Of a DNA stretch of 64,000 bases, positions 18,885 through 27,842 are shown in pieces; within the stretch, counting starts at the first letter, position 1, and every line of letters starts with the position of its first letter. The notes beneath the pieces are model-generated. The model searched no databases and was not told where the DNA came from. It saw only the letters and a list, made by a program, of their open reading frames with translations. Made by a program: the position numbers and the translations under genes. Origin of the DNA: a virus (taxonomy: Duplodnaviria; Caudoviricetes); the IMG/VR virus record IMGVR_UViG_2675903060_000001, positions 1 to 64,000 of that record. One strand, written 5' to 3'.

Positions 18885-19681
18885 ACACCACCACCCTGTA
18901 TGACGCGCTCGAACGCCACTACCGCAAGCCCGGCGCCGCCCGCGACGGCGAGATCCTGCTCCGCGAAGTCGAAGCGCCCGGCACCGGCGGCCGAGCCGAC
19001 CTCGTCCGGATCGGGCTGTGGCCGTCGCGCGGCTACTCCCTCGACGTCCACGAGCTCAAGACACAGCGATCCGACTGGCTGCGCGAGCTCGACAACCCCG
19101 GCAAGGCCGACGCCTGGTGGCCGTACTGCACAGGCTTCTGGATCGTCGCCCCCGCGGGCATCGTCCACAAGAACGAGCTGCCCACCGGCTGGGGGCTCAT
19201 GGAGCCGCCCGCCTCTGCGAACCGGCGGCGGTTCCGGACCATCGTGGACGCGGAGGTGAAGACGGCCCAGCTCACGATGGACCTGCTCGCCACCCTGGTC
19301 AGGCGGACAGACAACACCCGCCTGGCCGAGATGGACAAGATGCGTGAGGAGCACCGCGCCGCACTCTACAAGGCGCGCACCGAGGCTCAGCAGAACGCGA
19401 CTCAGACGGGCTTGAGCGAGCGGATGCGCCGCCGTCTCAACCTCCTGGACGAACTGGAGAAGCTGCTCGGCGCGAAGCTCGACGGCTTCACCTGGGGCGA
19501 CGGCACCACGCTGGACCAGATGACCCCGCACGAACTGGCGGCAGCTCTGGCCGACTGCGGTGACCACATCCGGCTCCAGCAGCGGCAGGCCCGCGTGGAG
19601 GAGCTGATGGGGCGGCTGTCGTACGCGGCGCAGAGCGTCCTGACCGAGATGCGGAAGGTGGGCAACAGCCATGACCGATGA
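18881..19681 (+). CDS. MmcB-like PD-(D/E)XK endonuclease-family protein
   Basis: RADL..HELK..RSDWLREL..K..W.YC..FWIV..LP.GWGL. Confidence 0.8.
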   Translation: MNTTTLYDALERHYRKPGAARDGEILLREVEAPGTGGRADLVRIGLWPSRGYSLDVHELKTQRSDWLRELDNPGKADAWWPYCTGFWIVAPAGIVHKNELPTGWGLMEPPASANRRRFRTIVDAEVKTAQLTMDLLATLVRRTDNTRLAEMDKMREEHRAALYKARTEAQQNATQTGLSERMRRRLNLLDELEKLLGAKLDGFTWGDGTTLDQMTPHELAAALADCGDHIRLQQRQARVEELMGRLSYAAQSVLTEMRKVGNSHDR

Positions 19682-20087
19682 CATGCCCCTGCAACACGTC
19701 ATCCGGCCCAAGCTGCCGTGGCGGGACGAACAGCTCACCGAGTGCCGCAAGCCGCCGAACGAGCACGCCATCACCCGCGACCAGTTCATCGCGAAGGTCC
19801 GCAAGCTGGGCAAGAAGCGAGCCGCGATGACGACGTGCATGACGTGCTTCGACACGGCTGAACGCTGGCCGGACTGGAACACCAACCCCGTCGCCGTGCT
19901 GGCACGCGATGTGCGTGGCGTCACCTACTGGGGCGGAGTGGATCACGAGGCGCCACTGCGGGACGAGCTGCGGGCGATTGCGCTCCTCATCGAGGCCCAC
20001 CAGGAGGAGTTCGCGCAGACCCTCGCGGCACTGAAGAACACCGTCCCGTTCGGCAAGCGCAAGCCCAGGGCGGTGCGCCGTGGCTGA
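19671..20087 (+). CDS. Hypothetical protein (H/C motif)
   Basis: H..R..TEC..TCMTC. Confidence 0.7.
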   Translation: MTDDMPLQHVIRPKLPWRDEQLTECRKPPNEHAITRDQFIAKVRKLGKKRAAMTTCMTCFDTAERWPDWNTNPVAVLARDVRGVTYWGGVDHEAPLRDELRAIALLIEAHQEEFAQTLAALKNTVPFGKRKPRAVRRG

Positions 20088-20493
20088 TCCCAGGAGAGAG
20101 AACATCCCCGAGGTGGCGCGCGAGCTCGTGCCCTTCATGGAGGCCGGCCGCCGCGGGCTCGCCGCCGCGAACTGGCGGGTCGGCATGGAAGCCGACGACC
20201 TCGTCGCCCCGGTCGTCCTCGCGGTCATTGCCGAGGTGCACCGGCGCGTCGTGGAGGGCGGGACACTCGATGAACGAGCGCTCGCCGCCGGGGGCCTGAT
20301 GGTCGTCCCGGTCGAACTCCTCCAAGCCCTCACCGACGACGAAGAGTGCGACTTCGACCACCACGGCGGCTGCCAGACCCACGGCTACCTGTCGCTGGAG
20401 CCTGACGAGCGCTGCCCCCAGGCCGAGGCCCGAGAACTGCTCGCCGCGGCGACCAACCACCACAACGAAGAGGACCAGAACCGCCATGCCTGA
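20080..20493 (+). CDS. Hypothetical protein
   Basis: CDFDHHGGCQTH..CP motif. Confidence 0.7.
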   Translation: MADPRRENIPEVARELVPFMEAGRRGLAAANWRVGMEADDLVAPVVLAVIAEVHRRVVEGGTLDERALAAGGLMVVPVELLQALTDDEECDFDHHGGCQTHGYLSLEPDERCPQAEARELLAAATNHHNEEDQNRHA

Positions 20494-20971
20494 ACTCACC
20501 GCCGACGCCGCCAAGACGTTCATCACCCGCCTGGAGCAGAACTTCGAGGACGCCGGAGACTGGAACGTCCAGCCCACCCTCATGCTGATCACCGTGTTCG
20601 CCGGCCAGGACCCGAACACGCCGGGGACGCTCGGCGTCACGCCGGTGTTCCCGTCCGACTGGATCAGCGACGGGCAGCTCGTCGCCGACGCGCTCGCCGC
20701 CGCCGGCCCGCCCATGCTGTGCCCGCTCGTCCCCGAGGAGCTCCAGGTCGTGGCGGTCGCGGTCGCCTACGAGGCAAAGGTTCTGGAAGACCCGAACTTC
20801 GGCAAGGACGCACGGCTGCTGTACTGCGGCCTCGCGGACGGGACCCTCGTCGGCGCCGGCCGGGTGCGCGGCGACGAGGCGAACGTGAAGACGTACGCGC
20901 CGGACCACCCGCACGACACCACCCCGGCCGCGGTCCGCCGCCTCGCGATGGCGGTGCTCGGGGGCTTGTGA
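20486..20971 (+). CDS. Hypothetical protein
   Basis: High GC3, coupled. Confidence 0.7.
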   Translation: MPELTADAAKTFITRLEQNFEDAGDWNVQPTLMLITVFAGQDPNTPGTLGVTPVFPSDWISDGQLVADALAAAGPPMLCPLVPEELQVVAVAVAYEAKVLEDPNFGKDARLLYCGLADGTLVGAGRVRGDEANVKTYAPDHPHDTTPAAVRRLAMAVLGGL

Positions 20972-20975
20972 CGTT

Positions 20976-20995
20976 CGTTGGCGGTTCCGCCGTCC
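20976..20995. promoter_or_regulatory. Dispersed palindrome copy
   Basis: CGTTGGCGGTTCCGCCGTCC, intergenic. Confidence 0.65.
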
Positions 20996-21171
20996 GGCGA
21001 GTGAACCCCTTTTGGACACTCCCGCAGCGCCAGGTGATCGGGCACGATCGTTGATGCGCGATCACCTGGCCAGGACCTCGCCACATCACCAACACCGCAC
21101 ATACGGTGGGGGCTCGACCACTTCCCTCAGTGGACGGGCTCCCATCGCCGTGTCCAGGGGAAGGGGTTCGA

Positions 21172-21576
21172 GTGGGCGTACGCCTGGTCGGCGAGGTCGC
21201 CGCTTGGCTCGAAAGCCCGGCCGCGGCCGAGCTGACCCAGTCGGAACGGCTGGTGCTGCTGCTCATCGCTGAGCGGGCGAAGGACACGACGCGGCGGATG
21301 CTGTCGTTCCGGGGCGACCGCCGGGACGACGGTACGAAGATCACGCTGACGGAGCTGTTGCAGGCTCGGACGGGCCTGACCGAGCGAGGGCTGAGCGACA
21401 CCGTGCAACGCCTGTCCAAGCGGGGCCTGGAGGTGCGGGTGCCGGTCGGCAAGGACAAGAACGGGGTGATCATGTTCGCTCGGCGTGGCCACGCGACGGA
21501 CTACATCCTGCCGGAACTGCCAGCCTCCGTGAGCCTGCCGGAACCGCCGCCACGGCGCGGCTCGCACCGCTCCTGA
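21172..21576 (+). CDS. HTH replication initiator-like protein
   Basis: LTQSERLVLLLIAERA..LQARTGLTERGLSDTVQRL; directly followed by iterons. Confidence 0.7.
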   Translation: MGVRLVGEVAAWLESPAAAELTQSERLVLLLIAERAKDTTRRMLSFRGDRRDDGTKITLTELLQARTGLTERGLSDTVQRLSKRGLEVRVPVGKDKNGVIMFARRGHATDYILPELPASVSLPEPPPRRGSHRS

Positions 21577-21578
21577 CC

Positions 21579-21745
21579 TGTGGATAACCAGCTTCCGAAC
21601 GATCACCGTAGCCGAGTTAGGTCACGTCCAGACGTGGGCCGCACGGGTCACGTCCAGACGTGGCCCGCAGGTCACGTCACAGCGTGGCCCATGTCCCTAC
21701 CTATGTACCTACAAAACCTTTATCCCTACTGATCAACATCCCTCC
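21579..21745. other. Putative replication origin
   Basis: DnaA box TGTGGATAA (21579-87), three 18-bp repeats GGTCACGTCCAGACGTGG (21620, 21646, variant 21670), then an AT-rich tract. Confidence 0.7.
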
Positions 21746-21832
21746 GTACACCTACAGGTGGAAGTCCGAACGATCACGCTCGGAAGCCTGTGGAAACACG
21801 AAGATCACCATTTGCCGCCCCAAGGAGACCCA

Positions 21833-22192
21833 GTGCAGCACGACCCATGCCACTGGTACGAAAACCCCGACCGGCCAGGCGAACGCTTCCTCATCCCCTG
21901 CTGCTACGAACGCCTCGAAGACCCCGACACCTGCACCTGCGAACTCCCCATCGAAGAACTCCGCCGCCTCCGCGCCGAGAACCGAGAGCTGCGCGCCCGA
22001 CTCGACCAGCGAGACCGCGACTTCCTCGACCTCGCCGCCGCCATCAGCGGCCGGCCCGACGCCCGAGCGATCTGGGACCAGATGGACGCCTACCGGCAAC
22101 GGCGGGCCCAGGTAGCCGCCGAAGACGCGCAACGCGCACCACACCACACCGTTCGCGCCACGCCGACGCTGCAAGACCCCCTCCCGCCATGA
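21833..22192 (+). CDS. Hypothetical Cys-rich/coiled-coil protein
   Basis: AAGGAG RBS; C..IPCC..CTC. Confidence 0.65.
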   Translation: MQHDPCHWYENPDRPGERFLIPCCYERLEDPDTCTCELPIEELRRLRAENRELRARLDQRDRDFLDLAAAISGRPDARAIWDQMDAYRQRRAQVAAEDAQRAPHHTVRATPTLQDPLPP

Positions 22193-22682
22193 CCAGCCAT
22201 GCACCGAGCCGCACACAGCCGACCAGCTCGGCCGGGCACTCTCATCCTCGTCGCTGGCTGCTTGTCCGTCGTGGTGAGTACAGGCGACGCGAGAGACGCG
22301 CGGCGGTCGCGCCGCAACACCTCCGGAATGGCCTTCATGGTCGCGGCTGAGCGGCGATCAGGTGCGGCCTGGCAGTGAGAGGCCAGGCGGCGATCACAGA
22401 CGCTCACAGACGCACTCAGACAAGATCCTTAAGAGAGGAGGAGAACACCGCCCCACGACATGCGGTTGGTGTCGGTGGCGGCGGATTCCGGCCGGTCAGC
22501 TTTGGTTGACGTCTAGAGGTTTTGTCGTGTCCGTATTCCGGGGGCGGTTTTGATGTCTCTGCTGGTAGGCGCGTTGTGCGTCAGTGCAGGTTGACGACCT
22601 GGAGCCCCAACTCCGTAACGGTTCGGTCTCGTTTTCGTCCGAAACCTGGACGTCATGTTCCGCGCGTAACAGTGTCGTCGGC

Positions 22683-23429
22683 ATGCAGATCACACGAGCG
22701 ATCACGGCAGCGGGAGCGGCGGCAGCAGTCGCCGCCCTCTTCGCTGCCCTGATCACCACGCCAGGCCACGCCGCGCCCCGCGCGACCGTGGCAGACCCGA
22801 CGATCACCGGCTGTCCGATCCAGGACCCCCCGGTGATCTGCATTCCGGTCACGGTCCCCGTGACCACCACGGCCACGGCCACCACCACGGCCACGGTCAC
22901 CACGACTCCGCCCACCGTGACCGCCACGGCCACGACGACGGAGACCGCCACGGCCACCGCGCGGAGCACCGTCACGGCCACGGAGACGGAGACCGCCACC
23001 GCGCGGAGCACCGTCACCGCGACCGCGACACGTACGGCCACAGCGACCGCCACAGCCACGCGCACGGCCACCGTCACGGCCACGCCGGACGCCACGCTGC
23101 CCGCGTGGCCTTCCGTGCCGCAGGGGAGCGTCCCGACCGTGGAGCCGATCCCCAGTGACGACGGCCTGATCATGCCGAAGCTGCGCACCCCCAAGGCTTC
23201 CCCGGCCCCGTCCGCCATGAGCACCACCAGCGGCACCACGGCCACGCCGATCGCTACGGCACCAGCGAGCGACGACACGACCGCCGCATGGGTCGGAGGG
23301 GGCACCCTTGCCGCCCTGATCATCGGAGTTACGGTGACGTGCTGGCTGATCTACCGACGCCAGCGACGCGCGGACGACGATTACGACTTCGTTGGCGGTT
23401 CCGTCAACGAGGACCACACCGACCACTGA
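22683..23429 (+). CDS. Secreted, membrane-anchored Thr-rich (mucin-like) protein
   Basis: Signal peptide ending GHAA, TATAT repeats, C-terminal TM followed by RRQRR. Confidence 0.8.
   Translation: MQITRAITAAGAAAAVAALFAALITTPGHAAPRATVADPTITGCPIQDPPVICIPVTVPVTTTATATTTATVTTTPPTVTATATTTETATATARSTVTATETETATARSTVTATATRTATATATATRTATVTATPDATLPAWPSVPQGSVPTVEPIPSDDGLIMPKLRTPKASPAPSAMSTTSGTTATPIATAPASDDTTAAWVGGGTLAALIIGVTVTCWLIYRRQRRADDDYDFVGGSVNEDHTDH
23390..23409. promoter_or_regulatory. Dispersed 20-bp palindrome
   Basis: CGTTGGCGGTTCCGTCAACG. Confidence 0.7.
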
Positions 23430-23484
23430 TCAATCCCGCCCCCGCCCAACCGGGGCGGGGGCACCCACCGAAGGGAAAACAGCA

Positions 23485-24150
23485 ATGACCAGCACCAACC
23501 CCACCGCGTTCGAGATCAGCGAGGACCTTCGCGCGGCCGTCCGCGCCGCTCTGGCCGATCTCAACCGCGCCCTTGAGGGGCACACCGGCAACAACCCGAT
23601 GCTCAACGCCTACCGCCTGCCCGCCGCCCGCGCGACGCTCGCGGAGGTCATCGCCATTGTGGACAACGACGGCACCCTCTACACCGGCCCGACGCCGACC
23701 GCGTTCGCGGCCATGGACAAGGTCAGCGAGGCGGACCGCGCTTCGTGGTACGTGATGCCGGACCGCGCCGGAGCCGCCGCCCGCATCGCGGCCACCTGCG
23801 AGGCGTACGGCATCCCCGCCGATCACCTGATCGCGACGCACGCCCCGTCCCACGCGGAGATCAAGGCCATGGTCGGCAGCGCCGACCCGCTGGCCAAAAT
23901 GACCGAGATCCACGCCGAAGCGGCCAAGCGCGAGCAGGAGCGCATCAAGGCGGAGCGTGAGAAGCGGATCAAGAAGGCGGTTGCCGCCGCGCGCAACCTC
24001 ACGGAGTACGGCGGAGACCCCGCCTTGCCGTTCGCCAAGGCGATCGAGAGCGGCGCGGACCGCGCCGAGTTGGCGCAGGCGTTCACCAACGCCGGGCTTC
24101 CGGTTCCGCCGGAGGAGCCCGCCAAGGCGAAGCCCGCGCCGAAGAAGTAG
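23485..24150 (+). CDS. Hypothetical protein
   Basis: GAAGGG RBS, strong GC3 bias. Confidence 0.75.
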   Translation: MTSTNPTAFEISEDLRAAVRAALADLNRALEGHTGNNPMLNAYRLPAARATLAEVIAIVDNDGTLYTGPTPTAFAAMDKVSEADRASWYVMPDRAGAAARIAATCEAYGIPADHLIATHAPSHAEIKAMVGSADPLAKMTEIHAEAAKREQERIKAEREKRIKKAVAAARNLTEYGGDPALPFAKAIESGADRAELAQAFTNAGLPVPPEEPAKAKPAPKK

Positions 24151-24225
24151 CCCCACCCGCCGCGCGCCCCGACGCCACCGGGGCGCGCGGCCCCACCACC
24201 CCCACCACCCCGGAAGGGACAACCA

Positions 24226-24930
24226 GTGAACGTCCTACAGAACCTCGCGGCCCGTTCTATCGCCGCCGTCCGGCTCGCCCACGCCGACCGCCTACGCCAC
24301 CGCGAAGAGTGCGGCATGTGCGGCCCCGACCAGGAATGCCCGCGCGCCGCCGAGCAGTTCGCCGACCTACAGGCCCGCGTGCAGCGCGCCCGCGCCAACC
24401 TGACCACCTACCTCCCCAGGGGCTCTCTGGTCACCTACGGGGGCGCGCTCCGCAGGATGCACGGCGATTGGTGGATTCACGCCACGTGCACGGACTGTGA
24501 TCACACCGCGTACCGGCTGATCAGGGGGCGCGGCATGACCTTGCCCCACGTGCATCTGTCCGAGATCACCAGCGCGCCCATCCTGCAACCCCGCGCGGCT
24601 CAGACGGTGGACGCCGTCCGCGACGCCGTCCGGGAGGTAACCGCCATCCTCGCCATGAACGAGGTCCGGCTTCCGATGCTCGTGGACATCAACGGCTTGG
24701 GGGCGTGCACGCTCGCCTACCCCCGCGCCGCCTACGACCACGAGATAGCCGTAGCGGAGGCGGTCCAGCCGCAGACCCCCGAAGCTGCCTACGTGCTGGC
24801 AGCGCTACGCGCGTTGCCCCTACTGGCCAGCGCCGCCGACAACGGCAACGCCGCCGGAGCCGCCGGAGTCACGCAACGCCTGCTGAAGCTGCGTGAGACA
24901 GCGGCGCGCGTGCACCGCGCCAGCGAGTAG
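24226..24930 (+). CDS. Hypothetical protein with Cys pairs
   Basis: GAAGGGA RBS; CGMC, CTDC. Confidence 0.7.
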   Translation: MNVLQNLAARSIAAVRLAHADRLRHREECGMCGPDQECPRAAEQFADLQARVQRARANLTTYLPRGSLVTYGGALRRMHGDWWIHATCTDCDHTAYRLIRGRGMTLPHVHLSEITSAPILQPRAAQTVDAVRDAVREVTAILAMNEVRLPMLVDINGLGACTLAYPRAAYDHEIAVAEAVQPQTPEAAYVLAALRALPLLASAADNGNAAGAAGVTQRLLKLRETAARVHRASE

Positions 24931-24940
24931 CCGCACCGCC

Positions 24941-24974
24941 GAAGCCCCCGCGCGGACCACCGCGCGGGGGCTTC
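24941..24974 (+). terminator. GC-rich hairpin terminator
   Basis: GAAGCCCCCGCGCGG-ACCA-CCGCGCGGGGGCTTC. Confidence 0.75.
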
Positions 24975-25109
24975 CGCACGCCCAAGATCACCCCCCGTAC
25001 CCCCTCCCCGGCCGCCGGCCGGAGGTACCTCGGTTCCGTTCATGCCGAATGGTTTTGATCTTGCCCAGGGTTTGTATGGTGTCGGAGTCCTGCTGGGCGC
25101 GGCGGGCGG

Positions 25110-25889
25110 ATGGCCGGGGAGGTCGTGGTGTCGGATCGGGTGTGCGTGGGGCCGTGCAACAGGCAGGCTCGCGCGGTGTGGCAGGTGTTCCTCGGGGAGC
25201 GGGAGGCGCATGCGGATGCGGTGGACCGGTGGCTCGCGTCGGGCGGGGAGGGGGAGCCGCCGCCGGAGCCTGCGGTGCCGGTGGTGGAGTGGCGGGCGGG
25301 GGAGCCGCTGCACTGCGGCCGGTGCCGTGCGACGGGGCGGCGGGCGCTGCTGGTGGTGGACGAGCTGGCCGCGAGTCTGGCGGCGCGGCCGGGCGAGGTG
25401 AAGGCGCAGTCCAGGTGGTCGCGAGTGAAGGGCACCCGTCCGCACGGTTCGCTGTCGGGGGAGGCCGACCTCGTGCACACGGTGACGGGGGAGGTGCTGC
25501 GGCTACGCCGGGAGGTGGCCCGGAGGTTGGAGCTCGCGGACCAGCCGCCGGCGGGCCGCTCCGGGATGGCGCGGTCCCGGTCGGTGTCGTGGCTGGTGGA
25601 CAAGCTCGATGCGGCGCTCGCCCTCGACGGGCTGACCGTCGTGTCGAGCGTCGAGGACGACGAGCGGACCGTGGAGCTCGGCCCGGTCGAATGGGCGCTC
25701 GCCTGGGAGAACAAGCTGCGGCGCCTGGTGGATGACGCGCCCGGCCACACGCTCGCCCGCTGTCCGGGGTGCGGGGAGCGGCACCTGGAATGGGCGCCGC
25801 GGGCCGGCTACTACGTGTGCGGCGGCTGCGGGCGGCACGTCAGCGAGGCCGAGGCGCTGGAGCTGGTCACCGAGGAAGCGAGCGCGTGA
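25110..25889 (+). CDS. Zinc-ribbon phage protein
   Basis: CVGPC, CGRC, CPGCG..CGGCG. Confidence 0.7.
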   Translation: MAGEVVVSDRVCVGPCNRQARAVWQVFLGEREAHADAVDRWLASGGEGEPPPEPAVPVVEWRAGEPLHCGRCRATGRRALLVVDELAASLAARPGEVKAQSRWSRVKGTRPHGSLSGEADLVHTVTGEVLRLRREVARRLELADQPPAGRSGMARSRSVSWLVDKLDAALALDGLTVVSSVEDDERTVELGPVEWALAWENKLRRLVDDAPGHTLARCPGCGERHLEWAPRAGYYVCGGCGRHVSEAEALELVTEEASA

Positions 25890-25963
25890 CGCTGGCGGTC
25901 CGCCCTGGATGGACGGCCCGCCAGCTCACGCCGACGAACTACTTCAGCACGTCAGCCGGCGTA

Positions 25964-26170
25964 CTACTTCAGCAGGGGCCGCGCGATGACCTCGACCAGC
26001 GCGACCGGGTCGTAGCCGAGGGCGACGAGCGCGATGCAGCCGCCCATGACGATGAGGGCGACGGCGACCTTCGTGGACATCATCACGCCGGGCTGCGGCG
26101 GAGGGTTACCGCCGCGGCTGTTGCTGCCGGGTTCGTCCGGCGGTTGGCCGGGGAGCGCGGGACTGGACAT
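25964..26170 (-). CDS. Small membrane protein, candidate type I toxin
   Basis: GGAGG RBS inside a hairpin; C-terminal hydrophobic helix. Confidence 0.65.
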   Translation of the reverse strand: MSSPALPGQPPDEPGSNSRGGNPPPQPGVMMSTKVAVALIVMGGCIALVALGYDPVALVEVIARPLLK

Positions 26171-26270
26171 GTGCCTCCGTTCCTGGGGTCAGCTCTGACC
26201 CCAGGAGGCGCAGGTCACAGTGCCGCGCTTCATGTTGCGCCGCACGCAATCGACCGCTTAATGTAAGTGC

Positions 26271-26368
26271 AGTCATTTAACACTCGCTAAGCGACGACGG
26301 ACCTGCATCTCCTGGGGTTCGACTTCATGCGCGACTAGGCCCCGGCCCTGGTACGGCTGGGGCTTTCG
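26271..26368 (+). ncRNA. Candidate ~100-nt antisense sRNA
   Basis: TTGCGC-18-TAATGT promoter (26235-26264), terminator GCCCCGGCC..GGCTGGGGC-TTTC, no ORF in between. Confidence 0.45.
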
Positions 26369-26889
26369 TCGTGTGTGACTACGGTAATGGACTCGCCGCT
26401 CGATGCGAAATGAGCCACTGGTCCTCGGACGAGCTTGAAAAACTCGCCCCTGACCTGCGGAAACACGCTTTCTGGCGCATGTTGCGCACGGGTGGCGCAC
26501 CGCCACCCGTCACGTGCCGGGCCTGCTGGGAGGCGCGGAAACCGGCTCTGACCTGGGAAAAGACGTCGGCGCGCTGAGCGGCGCCCGGATGGCCGGTACT
26601 CTGCGTAACTTTGTTTATTCGCGTGCTGAGAATGTTGAGAACGGCCTGAGATTGCTGAGATTCGCAGGTGGAGCCGCGATCACGGCGTGTCGGCTATCGT
26701 GAACGGTACGGCTCTCGCAAGCCTGCCTCCGAGCGCATCACCTGCCTACGCCAGGGACCGCGCACCGACGAGGTGAAGGTCCGCCCGTGGATCGCGTATC
26801 CCTCTCGCCTCCGTGCGCCCGAAGGTGGCGTCGGTCTCCTGCGTCTTCGAGGTGGGGTGCGTAGGGCCGCCATCTGGAAGGACACTCCC

Positions 26890-27588
26890 ATGACCAGCAA
26901 CCCCCGCTGGAAGAAGCGCGTCCGCGAGTACGCCGCCGCGCACGGCCTCAGCTACCAGCAGGCCCACGAAGCGCTCACCCAGGCCGGAACCTCCGCCCCC
27001 GCCGGCGACGGCTGGACGGCCGACCCCGCTCAATGGACGCACGCCGGAGCGGGCCGCTGGCTGGTCGAATTCAGTGAGCACGGCATCGGCGGCGACGAGG
27101 TCGAGCCCCTCCACCTCGACGCGGCCAGCGCCGCCGACCTGAAGGAACAGCTCGGCATGCTGGCGATGCGGCGCGGCTGGATCGACTTCTGGGTCGAGCT
27201 CGACGGCCTCACCGGACGTTTCCGGTTTGACGGGCTCGAATCCGGCACCGACATCCTCGCCGAGTTCACCCTCCGGCTGGACCCCGACGAGGACGTGGTC
27301 GAGCTGCCCCGTTCGTTCTCCCACGACATGTACGAGCTGATCGACCTCGTTCAGCAGCGGTTCGACTGCACCGTGGACGCCTTCACCTTCGTGCGCGGCG
27401 CCCGCGGCGGCGACGTCGAGTACATGGGGCTGATCTACCGAGCCGGGACGCAGATGTACCACCTGCTCCACATCACCGACCGGGAAGGCGGCTGGGAGTA
27501 CACGCTGTCCGGCGGATGGCCGCTCGCCCGCGACGAGGAAGCCGTCGAGGCGTTCCAGGCGAAGGTCGCCGAGCACATCCACGCCTGA
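26890..27588 (+). CDS. Hypothetical protein with N-terminal KKRVR..GLSYQQA helical motif
   Basis: GGAAGGA RBS; acidic C-terminal region. Confidence 0.75.
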   Translation: MTSNPRWKKRVREYAAAHGLSYQQAHEALTQAGTSAPAGDGWTADPAQWTHAGAGRWLVEFSEHGIGGDEVEPLHLDAASAADLKEQLGMLAMRRGWIDFWVELDGLTGRFRFDGLESGTDILAEFTLRLDPDEDVVELPRSFSHDMYELIDLVQQRFDCTVDAFTFVRGARGGDVEYMGLIYRAGTQMYHLLHITDREGGWEYTLSGGWPLARDEEAVEAFQAKVAEHIHA

Positions 27589-27603
27589 CCCCGAGCATGA
27601 AGA

Positions 27604-27634
27604 AGGCCCGCCGCGCTCCTCGCGCGACGGGCCT
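27604..27634. terminator. Hairpin between convergent genes
   Basis: AGGCCCG-CCGCGC..GCGCGA-CGGGCCT. Confidence 0.55.
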
Positions 27635-27651
27635 CTCCAGAGGGTTCGGGT

Positions 27652-27771
27652 CTACTCGACCTCGGCGGCCTCCTCGTCGTCCTCGACCTCGACCTCGGCG
27701 GTCTCCTCGGGCTCGACGGTGTCGGTGGTGTCGGCGGTCTCGTCCACCTGGTCGTTGAAGCGGGCGCTCAT
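27652..27771 (-). CDS. 39-aa highly acidic micro-protein
   Basis: MSARFNDQVDETADTTDTVEPEETAEVEVEDDEEAAEVE; GAAAGGA RBS; all third positions G/C. Confidence 0.7.
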   Translation of the reverse strand: MSARFNDQVDETADTTDTVEPEETAEVEVEDDEEAAEVE

Positions 27772-27822
27772 GGTGTCATTTCCTTTCGCGAGGAAGAACG
27801 TGTCTCTCCCATCATGACGTGT

Positions 27823-27842
27823 CGTTGGCGGTTCCGCCTACG
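27823..27842. promoter_or_regulatory. Dispersed 20-bp palindrome
   Basis: CGTTGGCGGTTCCGCCTACG. Confidence 0.75.

Noticed and set aside
22496-23323. Val/Ala-repeat ORF and a possible tandem-repeat or CRISPR array
   Set aside because: Reverse complement of the Thr-rich gene; the repeats are codon-level with no spacer structure.
25938-25974. 12-bp direct repeat ACTACTTCAGCA as a target-site duplication
   Set aside because: The copies are only 25 bp apart and bracket no element.
26316-26322. GGTTCGA T-loop-like motif suggesting a tRNA
   Set aside because: No flanking T-stem or cloverleaf could be built.
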